Both the position numbers and the translations under genes were made by a program. Shown piece by piece: positions 20,488 through 31,583 of a DNA stretch of 64,000 nucleotides. Positions within the stretch are counted from its first letter, which is position 1. Each line of letters starts with the position of its first letter. Below the pieces are notes generated by a model that saw only the letters and a program-made list of their open reading frames with translations, searched no databases and was not told the origin of the DNA. The DNA is taken from contig CANRIT010000006.1 of NCBI GenBank assembly GCA_947630745.1, forward strand, positions 1,029 to 65,028, read 5' to 3'. This DNA is from an uncultured Clostridia bacterium (GTDB lineage Bacteria > Bacillota > Clostridia > Christensenellales > UBA1242).

Positions 20488-20961
20488 TTACGCGTTTAAA
20501 TTTTTGCCATATTTCTTTGCCAAAATATCTTGCCAAAGTTTTGTTAAATCTTCATCTTGATAAATTTTTTTGTTTTGGTTCTCTTCGCCAGAAAAATATA
20601 CTGTAAAGCATTTTGATTTGGTTAAGATTAAACCCGCCATTGTGTCGTCATCTTTCATGTAATTATGCCCATAATAATATTGCATTACAAGGGCAATTTG
20701 TTGTTTATCGCCATTTGTTAAAATTGAAACATAATCGCCATTGCTGCCTTTGTTGATAATGTTTTCCTTTACAAAAAACGCACGCACCAACTCATCCAAT
20801 TCTTCTTTTAATTCCCTATAATCGCGGATAAAATTACATTCTTCAATTTCTTTATCAAGTACCGCCATTTTTTCAAGGGTTTGCTTATTTAAAAAATCTT
20901 GCCTACCTTCCCTTTTTCTGTAAACGCGTTGAAAATCGATGTTTTTAATAACTTTGTCCAT
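20488..20961 (-). CDS. hypothetical protein, paralog array member 3 (C-terminally shortened)
   Basis: GGAGG RBS before MDKVIKN. Ends DLTKLWQDILAKKYGKNLNA without the coiled coil. Confidence 0.75.
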   Translation of the reverse strand: MDKVIKNIDFQRVYRKREGRQDFLNKQTLEKMAVLDKEIEECNFIRDYRELKEELDELVRAFFVKENIINKGSNGDYVSILTNGDKQQIALVMQYYYGHNYMKDDDTMAGLILTKSKCFTVYFSGEENQNKKIYQDEDLTKLWQDILAKKYGKNLNA

Positions 20962-21013
20962 AAAATCCTCCATACGTAGTTATTGTACCACATTTTTTTT
21001 AAAATTGTCAATA

Positions 21014-21538
21014 TTAATTATTGTTTAATTCTGCACTAATTTCCGCTTCAACCAATTTTGACATGTAGTCGTTGTATTTTTGTTCGACTTGTTTAATTTG
21101 CTGTTCCTTTCCGTTTTGCGCCATAATGGTCAGTTTTTGCAACAAGCCAATGCCAAATTTTTGTTTTAAAATTGCCAGCCAGTCAATTGACATTTCCCTT
21201 TGCTCAGCAAAAATGAAATCACCTTGCATTATGTTTACCTTATCTATGCTGAACACAAACAATTGCTTGTGCGTGTTTATGCAAATTGCGGGGGTAAAAC
21301 TAGATTTATCGTCAATATATCCGCCAAAAGTTTGCACAATAGGCTTGTTGTATTTTTCTTTAAACAGATTGTTAAGTTTGAAAAAATATCCCCTATCCAT
21401 AATAAAATTAAAGCCATCAATTTGGTTTAAAATCTTATAGTAGTCCACCCCAGTGTGTGAAATAAACCAGCTGATTTGCCTGTTGATTTCCATCCTTCCC
21501 ACATCTTGCAGATTGCTTATAACCTTTACAAATTTCAT
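21014..21538 (-). CDS. hypothetical protein, paralog array member 4
   Basis: FGGYI motif shared with member 1. WLAILKQKFGIGLLQKL plus coiled coil. TTGACA-16-TATAAT promoter. Confidence 0.8.
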   Translation of the reverse strand: MKFVKVISNLQDVGRMEINRQISWFISHTGVDYYKILNQIDGFNFIMDRGYFFKLNNLFKEKYNKPIVQTFGGYIDDKSSFTPAICINTHKQLFVFSIDKVNIMQGDFIFAEQREMSIDWLAILKQKFGIGLLQKLTIMAQNGKEQQIKQVEQKYNDYMSKLVEAEISAELNNN

Positions 21539-21649
21539 ATTTCACCTAAAACTATTATAACATATATAAATATTTTGTCAATACAAGTTAAAAAATTTGA
21601 TTTTGTTTTTTGTTTGTGATATAATAAAAAGTATTAATTGGAGAATTTT

Positions 21650-24061
21650 ATGTTAGACAACAAGTATAATTTTAAAGAAAAAGAAGCAAAATGGAGTGCA
21701 TTTTGGCAGGATAATGGCATTTATAAGTACAACAAAATTGCATCCCGCCCAACCTATTCAATTGACACTCCGCCACCAACAGTAAGTGGTGAGCTGCACA
21801 TTGGGCATATCTCGGGCTTTACGCAAGCGGACATGATGGCAAGGTTTTATCGCATGCAAGGCAAAAATTTGTATTTTCCGCTTGGTTTTGATAACAACGG
21901 ACTTCCAACCGAGCTTTTGGTTGAAAAGCAAAAGAAAATTGCGGCGCACACCCTTCCGCGCGAAGAATTTACCCGCATTGCGCTTGATTTAGTGGCAAGT
22001 TACAATCAAAGTTATCGCGATATGATTGAACGCGCAGGGATAAGTTGTGATATGAGTTTGGGTTATAACACCATTGACAACCGCAGTCAAAAAACCAGCC
22101 AAAAAAGTTTTATTCGTTTGGCAAAAGACGGCATAGCATACAGAGAAGACAAGCCTAGCCCATGGTGCTGCAAATGTCGCACATCGGTTGCTTCTGCTGA
22201 GTTGGAGGACACCGAACTAAACAGCGTATTTAATTACCTTAACTTTAAATTGGTTGACGGCGGAACAATCCCTATTGCCACCACTCGACCAGAATTTTTG
22301 CCAGCATGTGTGGGGATATTTGTTAACCCAGAAGATAAGCGGTACAACAATTTGGTCGGTAAACTTGTAAAAGTGCCGCTGTTTGAAGAGCGCGTGGTTA
22401 AAATTTATGCGGACAGCAAGGTTGGCATTGACAAGGGTACGGGCATTGTTATGTGCTGCACATTTGGTGACCAAACTGACGTTGAGTGGTGGAAAGAGTA
22501 TAAATTGGAGTTAAAGCAAGCCATTGACGATGGCGGGCGCATGACAGATATTTGCGGCAAATATGCGGGCATGAAAAGCATTGATGCGCGCAACGCGGTT
22601 ATTGAAGATTTAAAGTCAGCGGGATATATTTACAAACAAGACCCAATTGTGCACTCGGTTAAGGTGCATGAGCGGTGCAACACACCTATTGAATTTTTGT
22701 CTAAAAAGCAGTGGTTTATCCGCACTTCCACCCCAGAGTTAAAACAGATTTGGCTTAAACAAGGGGAAAAGTTGAATTGGCATCCTGCAAGCATGAAAGC
22801 GCGCTACGATGCTTGGGTGAACAACCTTAATCAAGATTGGAGCATTTCGCGGCAGAGGTATTTTGGTGTGCCTTTCCCAGTTTGGTATTGCAAAAATTGT
22901 GGCGAGCCTAGTTTTGCGGACGAAAATGATTTGCCAGTAAATCCGCTTACCAGCATACCAAAGCGCGCGTGCAAGTGCGGGTGCAATCAGTTTGAACCAG
23001 AGGCGGATGTTATGGATACTTGGGCAACAAGTTCGGTTACCCCACAAATTAATTGCAACTGGGCGGAAGATGAGGCTGAATGCAGCAAGCGTATGCCAAT
23101 GGATATGCGTTTTGCTGGGCGCGATATTATAAACACATGGTGTTTGCGCACAATAATTAAAGCCTACTATCATCAAGGCACATTGCCATGGAAAGATTTG
23201 TTTATTAACGGCTGGGTTATGGCGGACAAGGGGATAAAAATAAGCAAACATTTGGCAAACAGCAAAATGAAACTTACCGATTTGTTGGATAATTATGGCG
23301 CGGATGTTATAAGATACTGGTGCGCAAACGGGGCTTACGGGCGCGATGTTATGTTTAGTGACGAGGGGCTTAAAGATGGCTACAAGTTGCTTAACAAATT
23401 GTGGAATGCAAGCAAATTTGTGCTAAGTTTCTTGTACGATTACAAGCCAAACAAGCCAGCAAAAATTTTGCCAATTGATTGCTATATCATGCAAAAATTT
23501 AACGAAACATACAAAAAAGTGATTGGGCAATATAGTCAAGTTGAAATGGGTTACGCAAAAACTGAGATGGAAAAATTCTTCTATTTCTTCTGCGACAACT
23601 ACATTGAACTTGTTAAAAACCGACTTTATAAGCCAGAAATTTTTGGTGAAGAAGCAAAACAAAGCGCGCAATGGGCGTGCTATAATGTGCTGTTAAATAT
23701 GCTTAAAATTTTGGGCATTACCATGCCGTTTGTTTGTGAAGAAATTTATCAAGACTATTTTAGGCAGTTTGAAAAGACGGAGAGTATTCATTTGACTGTG
23801 CTGTCCCCTATTGATGTTGACGATAAACAGAATTTAATTGCTGACGGCGACAAGGTGGTGGAAATTGTGTCAAGAGTGCGCGCATACAAAAGCGAAAATA
23901 AATTAAGCTTAAAAACCGAACTTGATAAGATTGTTATTTGTGACAAAAATGTTGACTTTATTAAACAATGCGAAATGGATGTTAAAGCAGTAACTGGCGC
24001 ACATGATGTGGAATATAAAACGGGCGAATTTGATGTTGAAGTTGGTAAAGTGATTGAATAA
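21650..24061 (+). CDS. valS: valyl-tRNA synthetase (short, type-2/archaeal-like)
   Basis: IDTPPPTVSGELHIGH, GFDNNGLPTE, IATTRPE, GTGIVMCCTFGD, DWSISRQRYFGVPFPVW, DVMDTWATSS. About 800 aa with no C-terminal coiled coil. Confidence 0.95.
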   Translation: MLDNKYNFKEKEAKWSAFWQDNGIYKYNKIASRPTYSIDTPPPTVSGELHIGHISGFTQADMMARFYRMQGKNLYFPLGFDNNGLPTELLVEKQKKIAAHTLPREEFTRIALDLVASYNQSYRDMIERAGISCDMSLGYNTIDNRSQKTSQKSFIRLAKDGIAYREDKPSPWCCKCRTSVASAELEDTELNSVFNYLNFKLVDGGTIPIATTRPEFLPACVGIFVNPEDKRYNNLVGKLVKVPLFEERVVKIYADSKVGIDKGTGIVMCCTFGDQTDVEWWKEYKLELKQAIDDGGRMTDICGKYAGMKSIDARNAVIEDLKSAGYIYKQDPIVHSVKVHERCNTPIEFLSKKQWFIRTSTPELKQIWLKQGEKLNWHPASMKARYDAWVNNLNQDWSISRQRYFGVPFPVWYCKNCGEPSFADENDLPVNPLTSIPKRACKCGCNQFEPEADVMDTWATSSVTPQINCNWAEDEAECSKRMPMDMRFAGRDIINTWCLRTIIKAYYHQGTLPWKDLFINGWVMADKGIKISKHLANSKMKLTDLLDNYGADVIRYWCANGAYGRDVMFSDEGLKDGYKLLNKLWNASKFVLSFLYDYKPNKPAKILPIDCYIMQKFNETYKKVIGQYSQVEMGYAKTEMEKFFYFFCDNYIELVKNRLYKPEIFGEEAKQSAQWACYNVLLNMLKILGITMPFVCEEIYQDYFRQFEKTESIHLTVLSPIDVDDKQNLIADGDKVVEIVSRVRAYKSENKLSLKTELDKIVICDKNVDFIKQCEMDVKAVTGAHDVEYKTGEFDVEVGKVIE

Positions 24062-24070
24062 AAACTTAAT

Positions 24071-24110
24071 AAAAAAGACCTTCTATTTTAAATTTTAGAA
24101 GGTTTTTTAT
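24071..24110 (+). terminator. intrinsic terminator between convergent valS and groEL
   Basis: AAAAAAGACCTTCTA...TAGAAGGTTTTTT inverted repeat. Confidence 0.7.
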
Positions 24111-24280
24111 TTGTCATCTTTATGTTTATAAATTTATTTTTAATTTAAATGATTAAACAAATAAGATAATTTTTTATATTACAATATTCGATAGATAATT
24201 TTGTTTTTATTTGTAAAATTGCAAAAAATTTTTATAAAAGTTTATAAATTTAGCTGTTTTTTAAGCGTTTTTTATGTTAT

Positions 24281-26165
<1,885 letters not shown>

Positions 26166-26386
26166 ACTACCTCCAAAAAAATTATAAACTTGCCTTGTTT
26201 GATTTTTACCAAAACATGTCATTTTTTGCAAAAATTAAAAAATTTTTATGCAAATTAACAAAAATTGAGTAAATTTACATGGTTTTTTACTCTTTTTAAG
26301 TAATTTTTTTAAAATTTTTTTATTTTTTAAATTCGCCGCTTTGAATTGCCTTTCATAATGCAGGCAAAAATTTAATATATTTTATT

Positions 26387-27097
26387 ATGGCATACGTTTA
26401 CGATGACTACATCTATCAACAAAAAACAAGGCGCAAAACGGGTGGATTTTTTGCGCTTATAATTTTAGTTATTTTGCTGTTTTGTTTGGCAGTTTTTTTA
26501 ATACCTAAACGAAAAGAAAAACTAAATTTTTATTTTGTTGAACTGGGTAATTTTTTAAACTATAATCAAGCGTGCAAACTTAATGATGAGATAATTTCAA
26601 AACAGGGGGCGGGGTATATTTATTTTGATGGAAGTTATCATGTTTTGGCAAACTTTTATTACAAAAAAGATGACGCACAAAAGGTGTGCGAAAATTTAAA
26701 ATCGGATTATCAAAATGCGCAAGTTTTTACAATTGAACTTGACAATTTTAAAAAAATTAAATCCAACAAAATTTTATCCGCTTTTTATTTTGCCACTGAC
26801 AACTTTTTAAATCAACTATCCATTTCAAACATAAACTACGACAACGGGCAAGACAGTGTGCGCGTATACTCCACCAATTTAAAGATTATTGGCGAAAGAT
26901 ACAAAAGCGAGATAGACGATTTTTTAAAAAATTTTTCGGACAAACAGCATTACAACATAATTAAAAATTGCAACGAGATTTTGTCGCGCATCGATGAGTT
27001 TGACAAGATGTTTTCTTTAAACAATTTTAGCCAGCAGATAAAATACAACTCAATTGATATTGTTATTAAATGCTATCAAATTTTTGCTGAGTTTTAA
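26387..27097 (+). CDS. membrane-anchored protein with a SPOR-like domain
   Basis: N-terminal TM helix, then FYFVELGNF....A......GAGYI...YHV.......DAQKV pattern. Upstream TCATAAT...AATATAT resembles a SigE-type promoter (weak). Confidence 0.6.
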   Translation: MAYVYDDYIYQQKTRRKTGGFFALIILVILLFCLAVFLIPKRKEKLNFYFVELGNFLNYNQACKLNDEIISKQGAGYIYFDGSYHVLANFYYKKDDAQKVCENLKSDYQNAQVFTIELDNFKKIKSNKILSAFYFATDNFLNQLSISNINYDNGQDSVRVYSTNLKIIGERYKSEIDDFLKNFSDKQHYNIIKNCNEILSRIDEFDKMFSLNNFSQQIKYNSIDIVIKCYQIFAEF

Positions 27098-27484
27098 CTA
27101 TTTGTTTGAATTTTTGTTTGCTTTGCCCTCTTTTATCACCATCACCGCTTGATAGATTGCAAGGCAAATTAAAAACACGGCAAACATTTTTTTTAGCACG
27201 CCATTGCTAAGTTTTACTGCCAACAACGCACCCAACAAACTGAACGCACAGCCAACAACTGCCAATAACCAAGTTTGCTTAAATTTTACCAACTTATGTT
27301 TTATGTGGATAATAAGTGCAAGCACGCTCATAGGCAAAAAAGCAATTAAATTTATCCCCTGTGCGGCAAGTTGTTTAAAGTGCAAAAATATGGTTAAAAT
27401 GGGTATGGTAAGTGTGCCTCCACCCATGCCCATACCAGCCACAATTCCACCAAGAACTCCCGCAAAAATCTGCCAAAAAATCAT
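27098..27484 (-). CDS. sulfite exporter TauE/SafE (TSUP) family half-transporter
   Basis: GIVAGMGMGGGTLTIPIL......Q..AQGINL..FLP. Confidence 0.88.
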   Translation of the reverse strand: MIFWQIFAGVLGGIVAGMGMGGGTLTIPILTIFLHFKQLAAQGINLIAFLPMSVLALIIHIKHKLVKFKQTWLLAVVGCAFSLLGALLAVKLSNGVLKKMFAVFLICLAIYQAVMVIKEGKANKNSNK

Positions 27485-27489
27485 ACGCC

Positions 27490-27852
27490 CTACCTAAACA
27501 AAAGCACTATTCCGCTTAGTGCCATAAAAAACACAAAAAATCCTTTTAGCGCCTTGTTTTTGATTTTGTTAAGCAAAAGCGCGCCCGCAACTCCGCCCAA
27601 AATTATGCCAACAATAACGGGCCAGCCAGTTTTAAAGTCGATAGAATTGTTGCTCATATACACAATGGTGCTAACCAAACTTATTGGCAAAATTACAAAA
27701 AGTGCGGTGGCTTGCGCTTGTTTCTGCTCCATTTTAAACAGCTTGTTTAACACTGGAACAACAATCATTCCTCCCCCGCCGCCAAAAAATCCGTTTATTA
27801 TGCCAATTATCGCGCCAAACAAAAGGATATGTATTTTTTTTACCTTTTTCAT
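27490..27852 (-). CDS. sulfite exporter TauE/SafE (TSUP) family half-transporter
   Basis: GIINGFFGGGGGMIVVPVL......QKQAQATALFVILP. Start set at MKKVKK. Confidence 0.88.
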   Translation of the reverse strand: MKKVKKIHILLFGAIIGIINGFFGGGGGMIVVPVLNKLFKMEQKQAQATALFVILPISLVSTIVYMSNNSIDFKTGWPVIVGIILGGVAGALLLNKIKNKALKGFFVFFMALSGIVLLFR

Positions 27853-27949
27853 GCTGATATTATTTACATTTTGTTTAAAATTTATTTGCTTTTTTTTATT
27901 TATTATATTATAATTGTTTTGATTAACGGAATAATTATTACGAGGTTGT

Positions 27950-30900
27950 ATGAAAGTTAAAAGTTTTACAAAATTTAAACGCATTTTTTTGGTGTTGCTT
28001 TTGGGCATGCTTATGTTTGCTGCAAACCTTGGCATATTTGGCATTTTGCGTCCAGAACGCCGCGTTTTTGCTGCAAGCGATATTTCTAATGGCGAATTCA
28101 ATCCGCCAAGCAGCAACAGCACAAACCACACCGCACCTTCTTCTTCCGACTATGTAACCACTGTTTCTAGCGACACAGTGCGTGTAACTTCGGGGATTGT
28201 AAACTTAAATTCGGCTGAATACAACAAATATCCAAAGCGCAATTCGGGTACAACCGACCAGTATGTGCTTGCAATAAGCAGCACAACCAAACGCACCCTT
28301 AAAGCGGAAAATGGCGACCCTGTTGAGGTGGAAGAATCGCGCCCAACCAATTTTGGTTACAAAACCGCGTATTCAATCACACTGCAAAAAAATAGGTATT
28401 ACAAATTTAGCATCTCTGCCTACACTTCAAACCGCAACGGCATTGGCAAAATTGCCCTTTTAAATGCCGATGATGGCGACAGCGTGCTGGTTGAAAAATC
28501 CGCAATTGTAACACCAAACAACCTCTGGCAAGACTTTTATTTGCTGGTTTCCACCACCGATGTTGAATATAACGTTAAGTTTGCAATGTACTTGCAAGGC
28601 GAAGGCGTAGTGCTTTATGATAGTTTAAAGTTTGAAACAATTGACAAAGCCGCTTTTGATGCCGACTGCAAAAACACCTATCAAAGCGCGTATTTTGCTG
28701 ACGAGTACACTTTTGACAAGCGCATTGAATCAACCGATTTAAGCTTTGTTGGCAGCACAACCCAAGCGGGTGCAGAAAATGGCGCGCTTAAAGTCAGCCT
28801 TAACAAAACCACCACAGTTGGGGATATTGTTGGCTCACAACTTGAAATTGAACGCAACATCCTTTATAGGATTAGCGTTTACGCTAAAGCGGTTAATTTA
28901 AGCGGAAAGGTTGAATTGCAACTTGCACCTAAGGATGAAGACGAGCCGGACAGCGCGGATGTAACCAGCTTATCGATAACAAACTCGCAAGACGAACAGG
29001 GTTATGAATTTTACCTTCACGGTCACCCACTTGAGGCAAAAAACTATATATTTAAACTTTCTTGTGACAACGCAAGCGGGCAGGTTTATATAAGCCACAT
29101 TGTTATAAATTATTGTGACGACAACCAATTTTCTAACGCAAGCGCGGGCAGCACACTTGCAAAACTTGATTTGGCAAGCAATTTTGCAAACGACACTATC
29201 TCTTCCAACTTTGTAAGCAACGGCACTTTTAACAGCGGAAAAGTTAACGATTCAAAAAATCCTTATCCGCTTAGTGCAAACAATTGGACGGTTATAACCG
29301 ACCAGCAAAATTCGATTGCAAACGCGCAACATTATGGCATTGTAAACCTTGCTGACAAGGCTAAAATGCAGGAAAAGGGTCAGATTTTTGCCCCAACTTT
29401 GCCAGAAACCGACCCAATGGGTCAACAAGGCAACGTGCTTATGCTCTACCCCGCTGCTGGAACTTTGTCGTACATTGGTCCAACAAACAGCGTATCAAGC
29501 GGATATTTTAAATATGTGCTTAACATACGCACGCAAAAAGATGCCACGGTTGAGCTTATTTCCACCAACAGCAATGGCGAAATTGTGCTTTTGTCAAAAA
29601 AGGTGGAAGGCGCACAGTTCTGGTCAAGCAGCAGCGGATTGGTGTTGTATGGTCGCGCGGGATATGCAAGCAACGATGTTTGCCTTAAAATAACAGCAGC
29701 CAACAACAGCACCACCTTTGTGGATGAAGTTAAATTTTATAGCAATGTCAGCGAAGAAGAATTTAACAGCGCGCAAAACAAGGCGGATTTAAAGGTATTT
29801 TTAAATAAAGATTTGTATTCGACATCAAATGTTGAGCTAAGCGTTGTTGACGCAGCCAACTATCGGTTTGAAAACGAATCAGTTATGTCCACACTTAACG
29901 AACAAGCAGCAACATGGGAAGATAAAATGGCGCTTGAACTTAGGCAGTCACAAGCACAAGCGGGCAAAATAACTTCTAGTTTGGGCTACGCGTTTGAAAA
30001 TGGGAAATATTACAAATTATGTTTTGAAGTGTACACCAATTTGATGGAAGTTAGGCAGGGCGAATACGATGGCGATTACGGGCTTAACATAAGCTTGTCT
30101 GGGTTTAATGATAACGCGATTGCAAATGTGGTTACGGATAGATTTGTCACCTACACCTTCTTTGTAAACGCAACCAACTCCACCACATCCTACCTTACTA
30201 TCGAAATGGGCAACAGCGATGTTTTCTTGTCGGGGGAAGCGTATATTGGCAACTTTAAGTTTGAAGATGATTTGACCGAGCAAGAGTTTAAAATGCAATC
30301 GTCAAACAGCACAACAAAGGTTTTAACCACCCCAGCGGAAGAAAATGATGACAATAACGACAATTCAAGCAGCGATGACGAAAAAGAAGATACCAAAACC
30401 CCAATCAACTGGAACGCACTAATGTATGTTATTTCTTCAATTATATTTGGCGTGGCACTTATTATTGCCATTATTGGCATTGTGCTTAGAAGGGTTAAAT
30501 TTAAAAAGCCAGTTAAAAAATCCAAAAACGAATACGACCGCAACAAAACGGTTTCCAAACAATATTATGCGCGCAAGGCAATTGAACTTAAAGAAGCTAA
30601 ACTTGCCGAACTTAATGCCGAACTTAAATCGCTGACTGAAGAACGCAGCAAGTACGAAGATAACTACAAGGCGGATTTATCAAAATTGCGTGAGGCTAAA
30701 ATTAGGCGGGCGGACAAGGCAGAAATTGGCAGGTTGGAAAAAGAGTTGAAACAAAATCAAAAGGCATCCGCATCAATTGGCGTGTCGATTGCGCGTGTGG
30801 AAAGCGATATTGATTATGTAAATTCTGCTTCGTTTATAAATGCGGTTACCCGCCAGTTGGAAAATGAACAGCGGTCTGAAATTGTTGACGACAGCCAAGA

Positions 30901-31060
30901 TGACCAACAAGAAGTTGAAAATAAGCCAGCGGAAAAGGTTGACAAAAAGAGATCGGCTACAAAATCCGCAAGCAAAAAATCAACCGACAAAACAACCAAC
31001 AAAAAATCTACTGGCACAAAAACAGCAAAAACCAAAAAGCCAGCCGACGAAACTAAATAA
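27950..31060 (+). CDS. large cell-surface protein with C-terminal TM helix and cytoplasmic coiled coil
   Basis: Signal peptide, repeated jelly-roll/CBM-like patterns (NGEFN, NGTFN, L....YY.FS....), acidic linker, TM helix, coiled coil and Lys/Ser/Thr tail. Confidence 0.8.
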   Translation: MKVKSFTKFKRIFLVLLLGMLMFAANLGIFGILRPERRVFAASDISNGEFNPPSSNSTNHTAPSSSDYVTTVSSDTVRVTSGIVNLNSAEYNKYPKRNSGTTDQYVLAISSTTKRTLKAENGDPVEVEESRPTNFGYKTAYSITLQKNRYYKFSISAYTSNRNGIGKIALLNADDGDSVLVEKSAIVTPNNLWQDFYLLVSTTDVEYNVKFAMYLQGEGVVLYDSLKFETIDKAAFDADCKNTYQSAYFADEYTFDKRIESTDLSFVGSTTQAGAENGALKVSLNKTTTVGDIVGSQLEIERNILYRISVYAKAVNLSGKVELQLAPKDEDEPDSADVTSLSITNSQDEQGYEFYLHGHPLEAKNYIFKLSCDNASGQVYISHIVINYCDDNQFSNASAGSTLAKLDLASNFANDTISSNFVSNGTFNSGKVNDSKNPYPLSANNWTVITDQQNSIANAQHYGIVNLADKAKMQEKGQIFAPTLPETDPMGQQGNVLMLYPAAGTLSYIGPTNSVSSGYFKYVLNIRTQKDATVELISTNSNGEIVLLSKKVEGAQFWSSSSGLVLYGRAGYASNDVCLKITAANNSTTFVDEVKFYSNVSEEEFNSAQNKADLKVFLNKDLYSTSNVELSVVDAANYRFENESVMSTLNEQAATWEDKMALELRQSQAQAGKITSSLGYAFENGKYYKLCFEVYTNLMEVRQGEYDGDYGLNISLSGFNDNAIANVVTDRFVTYTFFVNATNSTTSYLTIEMGNSDVFLSGEAYIGNFKFEDDLTEQEFKMQSSNSTTKVLTTPAEENDDNNDNSSSDDEKEDTKTPINWNALMYVISSIIFGVALIIAIIGIVLRRVKFKKPVKKSKNEYDRNKTVSKQYYARKAIELKEAKLAELNAELKSLTEERSKYEDNYKADLSKLREAKIRRADKAEIGRLEKELKQNQKASASIGVSIARVESDIDYVNSASFINAVTRQLENEQRSEIVDDSQDDQQEVENKPAEKVDKKRSATKSASKKSTDKTTNKKSTGTKTAKTKKPADETK

Positions 31061-31065
31061 AAATT

Positions 31066-31093
31066 AAAATAGGCAACCTCGCCTATTTTTTTT
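31066..31093 (+). terminator. intrinsic terminator
   Basis: AAAATAGGC-AACCTC-GCCTATTTT followed by further T. Confidence 0.75.
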
Positions 31094-31185
31094 GTTTAAT
31101 ATCCGTTAATAGATTTTTATGTGATAAATCGTTAATTTTTTTATATTTTTTATTAAATTTTGGCGATTTTGATATGATTTTTAAA

Positions 31186-31488
31186 TTAATTATAAATTTT
31201 TAGGCGTTGACCTATAAAGAGTTTTGGGCTTGTTAAATTGTTGTCGGCTGAAATTTTTTCGGACGAAATATTATAAATTTTTGCAATGTCGTCCAGTGTT
31301 TGCGCGGGCTTTACAAAATGCGTTTTGTAGTCGTTGATATTAATTTCAACATACTCGCCACAAAAAATTGGATATGCATTATTGTTGCGCACAATGTTTT
31401 CGGTTTCAATATTAAAATCATTGCACAGTTGCTGCTCGTTTTGATTTTCAACCCGTAACAAAAATTGCTTTTTTAATTTTAATTCCAT
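31186..31488 (-). CDS. LysM-domain protein
   Basis: HFVKPAQTLDDIAKIYNISSEKISADNNL....LFIGQRLKI. Confidence 0.88.
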   Translation of the reverse strand: MELKLKKQFLLRVENQNEQQLCNDFNIETENIVRNNNAYPIFCGEYVEININDYKTHFVKPAQTLDDIAKIYNISSEKISADNNLTSPKLFIGQRLKIYN

Positions 31489-31583
31489 TTTCCTTCCTTA
31501 AAAGTTTATTGTATTTATGCGGGGCAAAAAAATTTTGATATTCTAAGCACAAAATTAAAATTATATAATACATTAGGACAAGT

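Noticed and set aside
20465-20536. Frameshifted fusion of paralogs 2 and 3 suggested by overlapping ORF calls
   Set aside because: Member 2 has its own GGAG RBS and ATG at 20464, and the overlapping upstream frame does not resemble the missing coiled coil.
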